Made by a program: the position numbers and the translations under genes. Below are positions 1 to 11,628 of a stretch of DNA of 64,000 bases, piece after piece (within the stretch, counting starts at the first letter, position 1; every line of letters begins with the position of its first letter). The stretch is from contig CAWAPJ010000008.1 in NCBI GenBank assembly GCA_963783885.1, positions 131,878-195,877 of the forward strand, written 5' to 3'. The DNA is from Waddliaceae bacterium. Its GTDB lineage: Bacteria; Chlamydiota; Chlamydiia; Chlamydiales; SLFE01. The notes beneath the pieces are model-generated. The model had not been told where the DNA came from. It worked only from the letters and a program-made list of their open reading frames with translations, and made no database searches.

Positions 1-286
1 GATCCTTAAAGAAAAAGGTTTTCTGGAAAATTTTATTGTGAAGCACGAAAAACGGGGTGGAGTGATGAGAGTTTTCCTAAGATATGGCAAAAATCGCCAG
101 CCGATTATCCGAGGATTAAAAAGACTGTCAAAACCTGGCTTGCGTCGCTTTGTCGGCAGTAAGGATATTCCCTATTTTTATGGAGGCTTGGGCGTTCCGA
201 TTTTATCCACCTCGAATGGAGTTATGTCGGGATCCGAAGCTCAGGAAAAAAATGTAGGCGGCGAGCTTTTGTGCTTGGTTTGGTAG
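1..286 (+). CDS. rpsH: 30S ribosomal protein S8 (5'-truncated by window edge)
   Basis: Open frame from base 2 (ILKEKGFLENF...) with S8 motifs SKPGLRRFVG, GGLGVPILSTSNGVM, GGELLCLVW; lies upstream of rplF. Confidence 0.97.
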   Translation, partial: ILKEKGFLENFIVKHEKRGGVMRVFLRYGKNRQPIIRGLKRLSKPGLRRFVGSKDIPYFYGGLGVPILSTSNGVMSGSEAQEKNVGGELLCLVW

Positions 287-304
287 CGATAAGGAGTTAA
301 TGAC

Positions 305-847
305 ATGTCACGTAAAGGTAAAGTCCCCATTCCACTCCCAAAAGGGGTTGAAGTGAAGCAAGATGGGATTAATTTAACAGTCAAGGGTCCGAAGGGATCT
401 CTTGAACTTAAAGTTATGCCTATCATTGGGGTAAAAGTAGAAGAAGATAAGATTGTAGTTTCACTCAAGAAAGACAATCCCGACCACAATAAATGGCTGG
501 GGCTGTTTAGGTCCCTCATCGCAAACATGGTGATCGGGACTACGCAGGGCTTTCAAAAGAATCTCGCAATGGTCGGGGTGGGCTACCGAGCCAATGTTCA
601 AGGCAATAGCCTGAATCTTCAGGTGGGATACTCTCATCCGACAATGGCTGAAATCCCCGAAGGAATCGACGTGAAAGTCGAAAAAAATACTAAGATCATT
701 ATCTCTGGTATAGATAAGCAAAAAGTAGGACAATTTGCCGCGGATGTACGCAGCGTCAGGCCGCCTGAACCTTTTCAGGGCAAGGGAATTCGTTACGAAG
801 ACGAGCATGTCAGACGTAAAGCGGGTAAAGCAGCGGCTAAGGGGTAA
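305..847 (+). CDS. rplF: 50S ribosomal protein L6
   Basis: MSRKGKVPI, VKGPKGSL, GVGYRA, RPPEPFQGKGIRY. Confidence 0.98.
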   Translation: MSRKGKVPIPLPKGVEVKQDGINLTVKGPKGSLELKVMPIIGVKVEEDKIVVSLKKDNPDHNKWLGLFRSLIANMVIGTTQGFQKNLAMVGVGYRANVQGNSLNLQVGYSHPTMAEIPEGIDVKVEKNTKIIISGIDKQKVGQFAADVRSVRPPEPFQGKGIRYEDEHVRRKAGKAAAKG

Positions 848-853
848 TTTGTT

Positions 854-1222
854 ATGCATAACGAAATAAAAATCAATCGGAAGAGAAAGCACAAGCGTGC
901 TTTGCGGGTTCGCAAAAAAGTAAGAGGCAGCTCAAGCAAGCCCCGTCTTAGCGTTGTGAAATCGAATAAGCATCTCTATGCGCAATTAATTGACGACATT
1001 AACGGCAAAACTTTGGGATCAGTATCAACGCTTTCCAAAGAAGTTAAAAATACAGATGCCAAAAAAAATAAAGAGACAGCGAAAAAACTGGGCGAGTTGA
1101 TTGCTGCTATAGCTAAAGACAAGAATATAAATGAAGTTGTATTTGATCGCGGGCCATTTAAGTATCATGGCATACTTGCTGAATTGGCAAACGCAGCTCG
1201 TGAAAATGGCTTGGCATTTTAA
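854..1222 (+). CDS. rplR: 50S ribosomal protein L18
   Basis: PRLSVVKSNKHLYAQLIDD, VVFDRGPFKYHG, ARENGLAF. Confidence 0.98.
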   Translation: MHNEIKINRKRKHKRALRVRKKVRGSSSKPRLSVVKSNKHLYAQLIDDINGKTLGSVSTLSKEVKNTDAKKNKETAKKLGELIAAIAKDKNINEVVFDRGPFKYHGILAELANAARENGLAF

Positions 1223-1236
1223 GGTAGGTTTAATAA

Positions 1237-1707
1237 ATGGCTAGACAATCCGACAAAGAGTTACAAGAAAAGGTTTTGTTCATAAACCGGTGTTCGAAAG
1301 TAGTCAAGGGTGGAAGGAAATTTAGTTTCTCCGCTTTGATACTGGTGGGCGACGGGAATGGTAAAATCGGCTACGGCTTTGCTAAAGCCAATGAGCTGAC
1401 CGATGCGATACGTAAAGGCGGCGAGAGCGCGCGGAACAATCTAAAGGAAATTTGCATGGAAGGGACAACAATTCCTCATGAAACTAAAGTGAAATGGGAT
1501 GGAGTTGAAGTGCTGTTAAAGCCAACCCCTGAAGGTGCAGGAGTTATTGCGGGATCCCTCGTAAGAGCCGTTTTGGAAATGGCAGGCATTAAGGACGTTA
1601 TGGCCAAGAATTTGGGCGGTAACAATCCAATCAATCAAGTAAAAGCAACATTTAAAGCTTTGCTTTCCTTGCGACCACGCGAGGAAATTAGGCAGCAGAG
1701 GAAATAG
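1237..1707 (+). CDS. rpsE: 30S ribosomal protein S5
   Basis: INRCSKVVKGGRKFSFSALILVGDG, GVIAG, NPINQVKAT. Confidence 0.98.
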   Translation: MARQSDKELQEKVLFINRCSKVVKGGRKFSFSALILVGDGNGKIGYGFAKANELTDAIRKGGESARNNLKEICMEGTTIPHETKVKWDGVEVLLKPTPEGAGVIAGSLVRAVLEMAGIKDVMAKNLGGNNPINQVKATFKALLSLRPREEIRQQRK

Positions 1708-1709
1708 TT

Positions 1710-2162
1710 ATGAGTAATCTTTCTAACTTAAAAAACACGCACCGCCCCAAAAAGAAACGGAAAACTGTTGGACGCGGCAACGGTTCCGGGCTGGGAAAGA
1801 CCAGCGGCCGCGGGTTTAAAGGCGCCGGCTCGCGCTCCGGTTATAAACGCCGCTTGGGTTATGAAGGGGGCCAGTTTAGGCTTTTCATGAAATTGCCTCA
1901 CCGCGGATTCAGCAATGCGGCATTTCGAAATGAATTCGAGAGCGTCAATCTTTATGAAGTCGAAAATGTGTTTAATGACGGAGAAGCCGTCAATCTGAAT
2001 ACACTTAAAGACAAAGGTTTGATTAGCCGAAAATGCAAGCAAGTTAAAATCTTGGGTGTAGGGGAATTGACAAAGAAGGTCTCTTTTGAAGTTCAGGCAG
2101 TATCCTCCGGAGCCAGGGAAAAATTGCAAAAAGCAAATATTTCATTTACACTTGATTCTTAA
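1710..2162 (+). CDS. rplO: 50S ribosomal protein L15
   Basis: VGRGNGSGLGKTSGRGFKG, GYEGGQ, LPHRGF, VKILGVG. Confidence 0.98.
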   Translation: MSNLSNLKNTHRPKKKRKTVGRGNGSGLGKTSGRGFKGAGSRSGYKRRLGYEGGQFRLFMKLPHRGFSNAAFRNEFESVNLYEVENVFNDGEAVNLNTLKDKGLISRKCKQVKILGVGELTKKVSFEVQAVSSGAREKLQKANISFTLDS

Positions 2163-2221
2163 ATCAGGTATTTTGTAGGTCCAAAACTTAAAAACAATCG
2201 AGGCCATGCAAGCAGGTATTT

Positions 2222-3592
2222 ATGATAGGTGAGATAAAGCGAGTCTTCCAACTTCCTGAACTAAAGTCAAAAATAATGTTTACACTACTGATGTTGGTTG
2301 TCTGCCGCATTGGAGTCTATGTACCTGTTCCCGGGATTAACGGCGAAGTTGCTTTGGCCTATTTTCAAAGCTCAATGGGCGCCGGTCAAAGCCTCTTTCA
2401 GATGGTGAACATATTTTCTGGAGGAGCTTTTGCGAAAATGACAGTCTTCGCATTGACTGTCCTGCCTTATATATCCGCTTCCATCATGCTGCAGCTCTTT
2501 GTCGCTCTTCTTCCCGGCCTTCAAAGGGAGATGCGTGAGAATCCGGAGCTTGGCAAGCGAAAAATCAATAAATATACCCGTTATCTAACTGTTTTTCTCG
2601 CGTTGATGCAATCTTCCATATATGCCCGTTTTGCCCTTCAGATGAATGCCAATACACCGGGGATTGTCGAACCTGAGCTCCTCTACATGACCATTTTTGG
2701 TGTTCCCTGGGTTTTTTATCTCGTAATATCGGCCACAATGACAGCCGGTGTCTTGCTATTGATGTGGATAGGAGAACAGATTACGGAAAAAGGGATCGGC
2801 AATGGGATCAGCCTCATCATTGCTCTCGGCATCTTGTCGCAGCTGCCCAGCGCTATGGGACTGATTTTCCAACAATTGAATCTTGATTCTCAAGAGCCTG
2901 GTCAAATGTCATGGGCGATTGTTGCCTTGCTGCTCGCGGTCTTTGTGATCGTGATCATTGCTACGATTCAAGTAATACAGGGCCATAGAAGAATACCTAT
3001 ACAGCATGCCAGACGGATTGTCGGCAGAAAAGAGATTCAGGGAGGGGCCTCCTATCTTCCCTTAAAGGTCAATTACGCCGGGGTGATTCCTGTTATCTTT
3101 GCCTCCTCGGTTCTTATGTTTCCTGCAACTATTATGAAATTTCTCTCTCCAGAATCATGGCTTGGAAGATTTGCCAACTATTTAACAATGGGGACCATGT
3201 CGTATCTCATTATATTCTGCTTTCTGATCATATTTTTTACATACTTCTGGACCGCCACTCAATTCAGGCCCGATCAAATCGCTTCAGATATGAAGAAAAA
3301 TGGAGCTTTCATACCCGGTGTCAGACAAGGACGCCCAACTCAAGAATTTTTAGAATCCACAATGAACCGCATAACGTTAATCGGAGCCGTATTTCTTGCC
3401 TTAATCGCCGTTTTGCCAAATATTATCGGGAGGCTTCTCAGCATCCCTCAAACAATCAGCTACTTTTTTGGCGGAACTGCCCTTTTGATTCTAGTTGGAG
3501 TCGTATTGGATACCATGAAGCAAATCGAGTCCCATCTGCTTATGAAACGATATGACGGATTTATGAAGAAGGGAAGGATAAGAGGCAGGTAG
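2222..3592 (+). CDS. secY: Preprotein translocase subunit SecY
   Basis: Multiple TM segments; [61 protein letters not shown]. Confidence 0.98.
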   Translation: MIGEIKRVFQLPELKSKIMFTLLMLVVCRIGVYVPVPGINGEVALAYFQSSMGAGQSLFQMVNIFSGGAFAKMTVFALTVLPYISASIMLQLFVALLPGLQREMRENPELGKRKINKYTRYLTVFLALMQSSIYARFALQMNANTPGIVEPELLYMTIFGVPWVFYLVISATMTAGVLLLMWIGEQITEKGIGNGISLIIALGILSQLPSAMGLIFQQLNLDSQEPGQMSWAIVALLLAVFVIVIIATIQVIQGHRRIPIQHARRIVGRKEIQGGASYLPLKVNYAGVIPVIFASSVLMFPATIMKFLSPESWLGRFANYLTMGTMSYLIIFCFLIIFFTYFWTATQFRPDQIASDMKKNGAFIPGVRQGRPTQEFLESTMNRITLIGAVFLALIAVLPNIIGRLLSIPQTISYFFGGTALLILVGVVLDTMKQIESHLLMKRYDGFMKKGRIRGR

Positions 3593-3604
3593 AGAAGTTT
3601 ACAC

Positions 3605-3633
3605 TGGCCAAATATTAGAATTTTTGGTATGAT
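3605..3633 (+). promoter_or_regulatory. Putative sigma66/sigma70-type promoter of the rpsM-rpsK-rpoA-rplQ operon
   Basis: TGGCCA-17 nt-TATGAT with a TGn extended -10, about 30 nt upstream of rpsM (RBS AAGGAG). Confidence 0.5.
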
Positions 3634-3663
3634 TTTCATACAAATATAAATAAGGAGATTTAA

Positions 3664-4032
3664 ATGCCTAGAATTATAGGTATCGATATTCCGGACAATA
3701 AAAGACTAGAGATTAGCCTGACGTATATTTACGGGATTGGACGACATTTAGCAATGGAAATTATCAATAAGCTTCAGTTCGATCCGGGTAAAAAAGCCAA
3801 AGAATTGACCCAGGATGAAATAGGACGGCTGAATGCGCTGCTTCAATCGGATTATATGGTCGAAGGTGATTTACGCAGGGACCGTCAAAACAACATTAAG
3901 CGGCTCATCAATATCCATTCCTATAGAGGTTCTAGGCATCGACTTGGTCTTCCGGTCAGAGGGCAGAGAACTCAAACGAACGCGCGGACCAGAAAAGGAA
4001 GAAAGAAAACAGTAGCTAATAAGAAGAAATAG
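3664..4032 (+). CDS. rpsM: 30S ribosomal protein S13
   Basis: [41 protein letters not shown]. Confidence 0.98.
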   Translation: MPRIIGIDIPDNKRLEISLTYIYGIGRHLAMEIINKLQFDPGKKAKELTQDEIGRLNALLQSDYMVEGDLRRDRQNNIKRLINIHSYRGSRHRLGLPVRGQRTQTNARTRKGRKKTVANKKK

Positions 4033-4043
4033 GGAGTAAAAAT

Positions 4044-4445
4044 TTGACTGCTAAACCAACACCAGGAAAAAAAAGCACGAAAAAGAAAAAGGCGCTTCAT
4101 GTCCCCACAGGGGTTGTTCATGTCAAGGCGACATTCAATAACACCATAGTGACCATTACCGATATGGCAGGGCACGTTGTATCCTGGTCATCTGCGGGAA
4201 AATCAGGATTTAACCATTCGAAGAAATCATCTGCCTATGCAGCGAATGTTGCAGCTCAAAATGCTGCGCGCGATGCTATGACCTACGGTATGAAAGAAGC
4301 GGAAATCATAATTAAAGGACCGGGAGCCGGCAGAGAATCGGCTGTAAGAGGTGTTCAGAGCACCGGCCTGATGATCACGCAAATCAAGGACGAGACCCCT
4401 GTTCCGCACAATGGATGCAGGCCAAAAAAGCGTCGAAGAGTTTAA
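4044..4445 (+). CDS. rpsK: 30S ribosomal protein S11 (TTG start)
   Basis: [49 protein letters not shown] before TTG. Confidence 0.97.
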   Translation: MTAKPTPGKKSTKKKKALHVPTGVVHVKATFNNTIVTITDMAGHVVSWSSAGKSGFNHSKKSSAYAANVAAQNAARDAMTYGMKEAEIIIKGPGAGRESAVRGVQSTGLMITQIKDETPVPHNGCRPKKRRRV

Positions 4446-4496
4446 ATTTTTAACAAAATTATTTTTTTGTTTGCAAACCAGTTTTAGGAGAAACAA

Positions 4497-5624
4497 ATGG
4501 CAGTAACTTATGGCAAGTTTGAAATGCCAACAAAAATCACAGTGAATGAAGACAAAGCCAGGCCGAACTTTGCCCAGTTTATCGTAGAACCGTTTGAACG
4601 GGGATTCGGGCACACATTGGGCAATTCAATGCGCCGAATTCTATTAACTTCCCTTGAAGCGCCTGCAATTGTATCGGTTAGGATCGAAGATGTTCCTCAC
4701 GAGTATATGTCCGTAGAGGGCATTATCGAAGATATGACCAATATCGTACTGAATCTCAAAGGGGCTCTTCTAAGAAAATTGCCATCAGACAATAGTGATT
4801 CTGCCCGCGATATCCGTGTTATAACCTCCATTATTGAGGTCACTCAGGATGATTTAGACGAAAATGGCGGATATTACGAAGTCAAACTTGGCGATATCGT
4901 CCAGGATTCGTATTTCGAAGTCGTTAATCCGGATCACAAGCTATTTACCGCAACAGTCCCTATGAAAAGACAAATCGACCTCAAGGTTAAGATTGGGCGT
5001 GGATATGTTCCAACGGAAAGACTTGAGATATCTGATAAAGGCGTTGGGGAAATTCTCTTAGACGCTGCGTATTCACCCGTAAGGCTGGTCAACTACTTTG
5101 TCGAGCACACTCGGGTCGGAGAAGCGACAAATTACGACAGGCTTGTACTGGAAGTGGAAACGGATGGAAGAGTCAGTCCTGCCGAAGCGGTTACGTTTGC
5201 GTCGCAGATAGGACTCAAACACTTCGATGTGTTTAATCAAGTGAAGACACACGCGATCGTATTCGAGGACAGAGAGAAAAAATCATCTTCCGAAGATGAC
5301 GAATTGCTTGAAAAGCTGGCCCTGAAAATCGATGAAATTGAACTTTCTGTACGTTCGACAAACTGCCTTAGCGGAGCCAACATTGAAACAATTGCGGAAC
5401 TTATCTTAATTCCCGAAAGAAAAATGCTAGAATTTAAGAATTTTGGGAAGAAATCTCTAAATGAAATCAAACAAAAGCTTCATGAGATGGGTCTGTCGCT
5501 TGGCACGGACCTGTCAAGATATGGAATTACACTTGATAATGTGAAACCAAAAATGCGTGAATACCATGAACTTCATAGAGAAAATCATGAGGCGTTAGCA
5601 GGCGAGGAGCGAAATGAGGCATAG
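4497..5624 (+). CDS. rpoA: DNA-directed RNA polymerase subunit alpha
   Basis: [26 protein letters not shown], alpha-[13 protein letters not shown] and [10 protein letters not shown]. Confidence 0.98.
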   Translation: MAVTYGKFEMPTKITVNEDKARPNFAQFIVEPFERGFGHTLGNSMRRILLTSLEAPAIVSVRIEDVPHEYMSVEGIIEDMTNIVLNLKGALLRKLPSDNSDSARDIRVITSIIEVTQDDLDENGGYYEVKLGDIVQDSYFEVVNPDHKLFTATVPMKRQIDLKVKIGRGYVPTERLEISDKGVGEILLDAAYSPVRLVNYFVEHTRVGEATNYDRLVLEVETDGRVSPAEAVTFASQIGLKHFDVFNQVKTHAIVFEDREKKSSSEDDELLEKLALKIDEIELSVRSTNCLSGANIETIAELILIPERKMLEFKNFGKKSLNEIKQKLHEMGLSLGTDLSRYGITLDNVKPKMREYHELHRENHEALAGEERNEA

Positions 5625-6042
5625 AAAAAAAACAGCTAAACTTGGGAGAAATACCTCCCATCGCCGTTGTATGATGGCAAATTTACTGAAGTCGCTTATT
5701 TACAACGGACGAATCACAACGACTTTGGCTAAAGCCAAAATCCTTAGGTCTTATGCCGATCGTATGGTCACCTTAGCGAAAAAAAATACATTAGCAAGCA
5801 AAAGGCAGGCTATCGGCAAGTTAATGATCCGGTTCAACGAATTGACGCCTAAACAAGCCAGGCAAGCTAAATCGGGAGATAAAAGTTCGTATAATGTTGA
5901 TCGTCAGGTCATTGATATTTTATTTAACGAGCTTGGCAATAGATTCTCCGAAAGAGACGGGGGGTATACCCGCATTATTAAATCGGGGAATCGAACCGGT
6001 GATAATGCACAAACATGCGTCATTGAGTACCTTGAGGCTTAA
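5614..6042 (+). CDS. rplQ: 50S ribosomal protein L17
   Basis: [36 protein letters not shown]; contains a chlamydia-type internal insertion. Confidence 0.98.
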   Translation: MRHRKKTAKLGRNTSHRRCMMANLLKSLIYNGRITTTLAKAKILRSYADRMVTLAKKNTLASKRQAIGKLMIRFNELTPKQARQAKSGDKSSYNVDRQVIDILFNELGNRFSERDGGYTRIIKSGNRTGDNAQTCVIEYLEA

Positions 6043-6078
6043 TTTTCCTATATGAGGGGATTGTTGGGAGTATAATAG

Positions 6079-7188
<1,110 letters not shown>

Positions 7189-7264
7189 ATATACTGGAAA
7201 TGGGCAAAGCTTTTTGCCTTTCCTAGTTAAAGCCATAGTCTAATTAAAACAATAGGAATTAATC

Positions 7265-8007
7265 GTGGACTTTACAAGAGAACCTGTGATTGAGACGGTG
7301 ATTACTCCTCGGGAGGGTTGCAAACTCGTAATTCGCAGTAGTAAAAGCACCAGTCAAGAAGAATATTTTGTCGATGCCGTAGAAGTTGTGTCATTTGGCA
7401 ATGCCTTCTTCTATCGCTCTTTGGAAAAACCAAAAAGCTTCTTACTTCCTGTCATTGATTATGAAGTTCTTGAGGTTCGGGAAGCGCGCATGGTATTAAA
7501 GCATGTAGGAAGCGACAAATCAATTAAAATAGGTGGAGGCCGTTCGGATAAGCCGGAGAAAAAAGAGGCCAAGAAGGAGCAGGAGGAAAAATCCCCCAAA
7601 AAAAGAGAACGCCGCCGGCAGCAGCGAAGACGCCGTCCTGCCAAAGGGGAGGAGCATCAGCCCGAGAAGGTTGAATTGCCCAAGCCTCCGGAAAATTTAT
7701 CTGAAACAGAATCGCCTGCCGATTCCGACGAGAATCTCCGTCGAACATCATAAGATCATTGCTTAGCAGTCCTCCGCCGCTCATATCCGAGACCATCAAC
7801 CAATACCGCGAAAGCTATGGCCAGGCATTTTATGAAAAGGACGAAGAGTCTGAGGAAGAATCCGAGATCCCTTCGCTTGAAGAAGTACCCGAAGAACCGA
7901 CCGACGATCCTCCACTCGAACCCTATGCGGAAGAGCAGGAGCTGCCGGCGGAGTCGCAAAAGTCCTCCATACTCAAAGACCTTTGGAATTTTTCAGACGA
8001 GCAGTAA
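7265..8007 (+). pseudogene. grgA: GrgA (CT504-like) chlamydial transcription factor, split by a single frameshift near 7732
   Basis: N-terminus MDFTREPVIETVITPREGCKLVIRSSK...EEYFVDAVEVVSFG and a Lys/Arg-rich middle match GrgA. The PPPLISETI motif lies in another frame (7759..8007), which is open back to 7705. Position after gap matches chlamydial synteny. Confidence 0.8.
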
Positions 8008-8013
8008 TCAAGC

Positions 8014-8040
8014 GGGCCCGATTCCTCGGGCCCTTATTTT
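8014..8040 (+). terminator. Intrinsic terminator after grgA
   Basis: GGGCCCGA-TTCC-TCGGGCCC followed by TTATTTT. Confidence 0.75.
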
Positions 8041-8042
8041 CA

Positions 8043-8071
8043 TTGACTCCAAGCCCATAATTTGGTACATT
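8043..8071 (+). promoter_or_regulatory. Promoter of tRNA-Leu
   Basis: TTGACT-17 nt-TACATT with TGn extension, 21 nt upstream of the tRNA. Confidence 0.65.
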
Positions 8072-8092
8072 TTTAAGTTCCGAATCCTCGAT

Positions 8093-8175
8093 GCTCGGGT
8101 GGCGGAATGGTAGACGCTGGGGACTTAAAATCCCTTGGTAGAAATACCGTGTGGGTTCGAGTCCCACCTCGAGCA
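8093..8175 (+). tRNA. tRNA-Leu (anticodon TAA), CCA not encoded
   Basis: Acceptor GCTCGGG/CTCGAGC plus discriminator A; D arm GGCGGAATGGTAGACGC; anticodon arm GGGGA-CTTAAAA-TCCCT; long variable arm GGTA-GAAA-TACC; T arm GTGGG-TTCGAGT-CCCAC. Confidence 0.96.
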
Positions 8176-8297
8176 AACTTATAATAAGCAGGTTATGATT
8201 TTTTAAAACAGAAGTTGTAACCTTGCTAAGTTTACAAGGCACACCTATGGCACAATTATAAAAGATAAATAACGGCAAAAATCGACAATATACGATA

Positions 8298-9311
8298 ATG
8301 AATCAAGAGAAATTTAAGGTTACATCAGCAGAGGAACTTCTGTTATTGGGTAATGTCTATGTTGCTTCTCGTGCTTTGCATACCGTAGCTCAGATGAAGA
8401 TAGCCGACTTGTTTGAGGGAAAATCAGAGTCAGTTGAGAGCCTGGCTCAGAAACGCGGTTTATCTCCCTTAGCACTTAAGCGTATTTTACGAGTCCTTTC
8501 TCCTTTTGGAATTTTTAATGAAGATGATGATGGTTCTTTTTCCCTAACAGAAATTGGATGTATGCTTAAGTCAGGCCATCCCTCTATGATGCGTAATCTT
8601 CTGTATTGTGAAGATTGTCGTTGGAATAGCTTTGGTCAAATGAGCAACACTACAAAAACTGGGAAAACGGGATTTTCTAAGTTATACGAGAAGGAATACT
8701 TTGAATACATTAGTCAAATCCCTGAGTTGCAGGAGGGGTTTGATAGACATATGAAAGCTGTTTCAAAAAATGAAGACAGAGTTATTGCAGCAAAGCTGCC
8801 TCTTCAAACTAGAAAACAATGCACAGACATAGGATGTGGAAAAGCAGGTCTTCTCAGTGCTGTTTTAGATTGCTACCCACAAATCAAAGGAGGGGCCTTT
8901 GAGCTACCTGGTGTTGCAGAGGAAGACATCGACAAGTTGTCAAAAAAATATCAGGGTCGTATCGAAGTTTTTTCGGGAAGTTTTTTTGATGCTCTTCCAT
9001 TTTGTAGTGATTCCATTATTCTAAAACGTATTCTACATGACTGGGATGATGAACGTTGCGTCGAAATTCTTTCTAGGTGCCGTGAAGCGTTAACTGAAAC
9101 GGGCGAGATTTATATCGTTGAATCCATACTGAAAGGCAAACAAGACCCCTTACTGTTGCGGATATTTGACCTATTACTATTGACGGTTTTCGGTGGATTT
9201 GAGCGTTCATTGGAAGAGTATAAAAAAATATTGTTCAAATCAGGACTGAAGGTTCAATATATTATATCGACCGAAGTGCCAATGTCTGTTATTGTCTGCT
9301 CTAAGTCTTAA
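8298..9311 (+). CDS. SAM-dependent O-methyltransferase (Methyltransf_2 family with N-terminal dimerisation domain)
   Basis: Winged-helix N-terminus (LKRILRVL...GIF), DIGCGKAG, GSFFD, ILKRILHDWDD, GGFERS. Confidence 0.85.
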   Translation: MNQEKFKVTSAEELLLLGNVYVASRALHTVAQMKIADLFEGKSESVESLAQKRGLSPLALKRILRVLSPFGIFNEDDDGSFSLTEIGCMLKSGHPSMMRNLLYCEDCRWNSFGQMSNTTKTGKTGFSKLYEKEYFEYISQIPELQEGFDRHMKAVSKNEDRVIAAKLPLQTRKQCTDIGCGKAGLLSAVLDCYPQIKGGAFELPGVAEEDIDKLSKKYQGRIEVFSGSFFDALPFCSDSIILKRILHDWDDERCVEILSRCREALTETGEIYIVESILKGKQDPLLLRIFDLLLLTVFGGFERSLEEYKKILFKSGLKVQYIISTEVPMSVIVCSKS

Positions 9312-9329
9312 GAGTATGAGGAAGAGTTT

Positions 9330-9754
9330 ATGAGCTTAGATATTATTGCAAGCTTTCCTCCAAAAGAAGAGGAGGTGCTAGCATTAAGAAAAGGTCTACA
9401 AGCCTTTAACGTGAAGACATTATCTCAGCTCGAAGACAGCGTTCATGAGTTTGGGTTTTTTCTGTATGAAAAGGGTATTGTTTGAGGGGGTATTACGGGA
9501 CGAACTTTTCTTGGGTCACTTCAAATAAAGTATCTCTGGATTAGTAAAAATTGTCAAGAGAAGGGTTTTGGAAGGCAGTTGATAAGTCAGGCAGAAAATT
9601 TGGGAAACAATATGGTTGTAGATTTTCGATTGCCGATACCTTGTCCTTTCAATCCTTAGGGTTCTATAAAAGGGTTGGTTACTCAATAGAGTTAGCTCAA
9701 AAAGGCTATGACAATGATGAAATTGCCTACTATCTAAGAAAGCAGCTTTCATAA
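9330..9754 (+). pseudogene. GNAT acetyltransferase pseudogene
   Basis: ATG 9330 reads MSLDII...EKGIV to TGA at 9483-9485. The same frame continues GGITGRTFLGSLQIKYLWISKNCQEKGFGRQLISQAE (motif A), then shifts near 9604 into DTLSFQSLGFYKRVGY. Confidence 0.8.
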
Positions 9755-9890
9755 GAACTAGATTTTCGAAAGGGGAAGCTGATTTTTGGTGGGAATGGAC
9801 TGCTGAGCGTAAGACTTTACAAGATAATGGAAGTTAGTGCACGTGGTTCAGTGACTCCTTGCATTTTTTTCATGAAGAGGAATTAAACAA

Positions 9891-10436
9891 ATGACGACAG
9901 GTCATGTATTTATAGCAACAAGCCTTGATGGATTTATAGCTAGAAAAGACCATGCCCTTGATTGGCTGCCTCAGGAAAAAATAGAAGGTGAAGACCTTGG
10001 ATATGAAACTTTTATATCAAGTATCGATGGACTTATCATGGGACGGGGAACGTTTGAAAAGGTTCTTACTTTTGGAGATTGGCCTTACCAGAAGCCTGTG
10101 ATTGTGTTGAGTAAAACCCTAACGCAAGATGCTATTCCAGATGAATTAGAAGGAAAAGTTCGCTTATCTCAGCTCACACCAAGAGAAATTATGCAATCTC
10201 TTAATCAAGAGGGATGGAAACGCGCCTATGTGGACGGCGGGCAAATTGTCCAATCTTTTCTTAAAGAGGGTTTGATTGATGACATAGTCGTTACTCTTAT
10301 TCCGATTTTAATAGGAGAAGGAATTCGACTTTTTGGAAAAACTGATAGTGATGTAAACCTAAAGTTAGTCGCTTCGCAGGCTTTTCCTTTATCGGGGATG
10401 GTTCAAAATCAATACAAAGTTCTTTATTCTGAATAA
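9891..10436 (+). CDS. Dihydrofolate reductase-like / RibD C-terminal domain protein
   Basis: IATSLDGFIA, MGRGTFE, YVDGG, IPILIGEGIRLF. Confidence 0.9.
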   Translation: MTTGHVFIATSLDGFIARKDHALDWLPQEKIEGEDLGYETFISSIDGLIMGRGTFEKVLTFGDWPYQKPVIVLSKTLTQDAIPDELEGKVRLSQLTPREIMQSLNQEGWKRAYVDGGQIVQSFLKEGLIDDIVVTLIPILIGEGIRLFGKTDSDVNLKLVASQAFPLSGMVQNQYKVLYSE

Positions 10437-10534
10437 TAAAACGATTTAAGTGTCTGATTATGTATCTTCCTAGCGATTTCGAAAATAGCCGCTGCACCAA
10501 TATCATGAAAATGATAACATTGGTGCATGGGAAG

Positions 10535-10593
10535 GGCTTTGTTGCGTAATTAACCACAGAGCTCACAAGAGCGCACAGAGAGAATATGAGAGA
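10535..10593 (+). repeat. Left long terminal inverted repeat (59 bp) with three CAC(A)GAG-type sub-repeats
   Basis: GGCTTTGTTGCGTAATTAACCACAGAGCTCACAAGAGCGCACAGAGAGAATATGAGAGA; 47/59 positions match the right arm by hand alignment. Confidence 0.85.
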
Positions 10594-10599
10594 TTTGAT

Positions 10600-11544
10600 T
10601 TAAGCTGCTATTAATTCACTTTCAGGCATTCCCAGCTTTGTCATTATATTTAGTGCTTCACATTTTGCCCTTGATTCAGCCCTTTGGGTTTCCAGAGTTC
10701 TACTTCTTAAATCATTTCCAAAGAATCGTTTAAATCTAAACATGGCTGTTTCTGCAAGTGATCGACTATGATAACCTTTCAACTTTTTCCATAATTTTCT
10801 TGCATCATCATCACCTCCTAAACCTGAAATTTCCAGCAAACTGATATTCCGCATCTTCCAAGAAGGAGATATGTTTTCTCGAAAAACAGCATTCCTATTG
10901 GGTGGAATAATAGGAATTGAGCCGTGAACTACATTTGCAGCATAGCATCGCTTAGTATCATAAGCCCCATCTCCATATGTGCGCTTAACTGATTTCGGCA
11001 TTACCTCGAGAAGTTTTGGATACACTTCACAATCTGCAACGTTATTTTCAGTAAGAATTTCGAAAATAATTTCGTGAGAGTCAGGGCAGACTGCCAGATG
11101 GAGCTTTCTCCATGTTCGCCTTTTACTGATTCCATGCTGCCTAACTTTCCATTCACCCTCTCCGTACACTTTCAAACCGGTTGAATCGATTACAATATTG
11201 GTGACTTTTTTTTTCGAAAGTTTCTTCAACTCTTGCCCCAACAACTTAGCTCTCCGACAAATTTGAGTATAAGAAGGAATCGATAAACCAACAGATAAAA
11301 TCATAACAAGAGATGTCAAAAATCCTTCGAGTGCTCTCAATGGAAGATGAAAAACCGATCGAATAATGAGCGCGGTGAGAATAGCGTCATCAGAATAGAG
11401 TTTTGGACGCCCCTTTTTTCCTATTTCTTTTGGAGCCATCCACTTATTGATAGCATCTTCAGAAAACCAAACAGTTATGCTTCCCCTTTGAATAAGAGAT
11501 TTGTTATAGTCGTTCCAGTTGCGAATGCGATATTTTGCCTTCAT
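10600..11544 (-). CDS. IS5-family (IS903 group) DDE transposase, apparently intact
   Basis: YRIRNWNDYNKSLIQRGSITVWF, GRPKLYSD, IDSTGLKVYGEGEW, RRTWRKLHL, GDGAYD, YHSRSLAETAMFRFK; GGAGG RBS. Confidence 0.95.
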   Translation of the reverse strand: MKAKYRIRNWNDYNKSLIQRGSITVWFSEDAINKWMAPKEIGKKGRPKLYSDDAILTALIIRSVFHLPLRALEGFLTSLVMILSVGLSIPSYTQICRRAKLLGQELKKLSKKKVTNIVIDSTGLKVYGEGEWKVRQHGISKRRTWRKLHLAVCPDSHEIIFEILTENNVADCEVYPKLLEVMPKSVKRTYGDGAYDTKRCYAANVVHGSIPIIPPNRNAVFRENISPSWKMRNISLLEISGLGGDDDARKLWKKLKGYHSRSLAETAMFRFKRFFGNDLRSRTLETQRAESRAKCEALNIMTKLGMPESELIAA

Positions 11545-11628
11545 CTTGATCCTCCAATTTGTTGCAACTAAAAATTAGAGTATTAGGTATTTGTCGGCAA
11601 GCTCGCATTCGCCCTTTTTGGAGAAAAG

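Noticed and set aside
1707-4497. Absence of rpmD, adk, map, infA, rpmJ and rpsD from the spc/alpha region
   Set aside because: This is the normal chlamydial gene order, not a loss specific to this genome
8150-8175. tRNA 3' end as attL of a prophage or ICE
   Set aside because: No second copy, integrase or phage gene was seen in the window
7973-8278. 101-aa minus-strand ORF
   Set aside because: It is the antisense reading of tRNA-Leu and its promoter
9483-9485. In-frame TGA in the GNAT gene as recoding (Sec/Trp)
   Set aside because: A frameshift follows near 9604 and TGA is an ordinary stop elsewhere (e.g. rpoA, thrC), so this is simple decay
9765-9836. Short Trp-rich frame (SKGEADFWWEWTAERKTLQDNGS) as a gene remnant
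   Set aside because: No start or RBS, and too short to assign without a search
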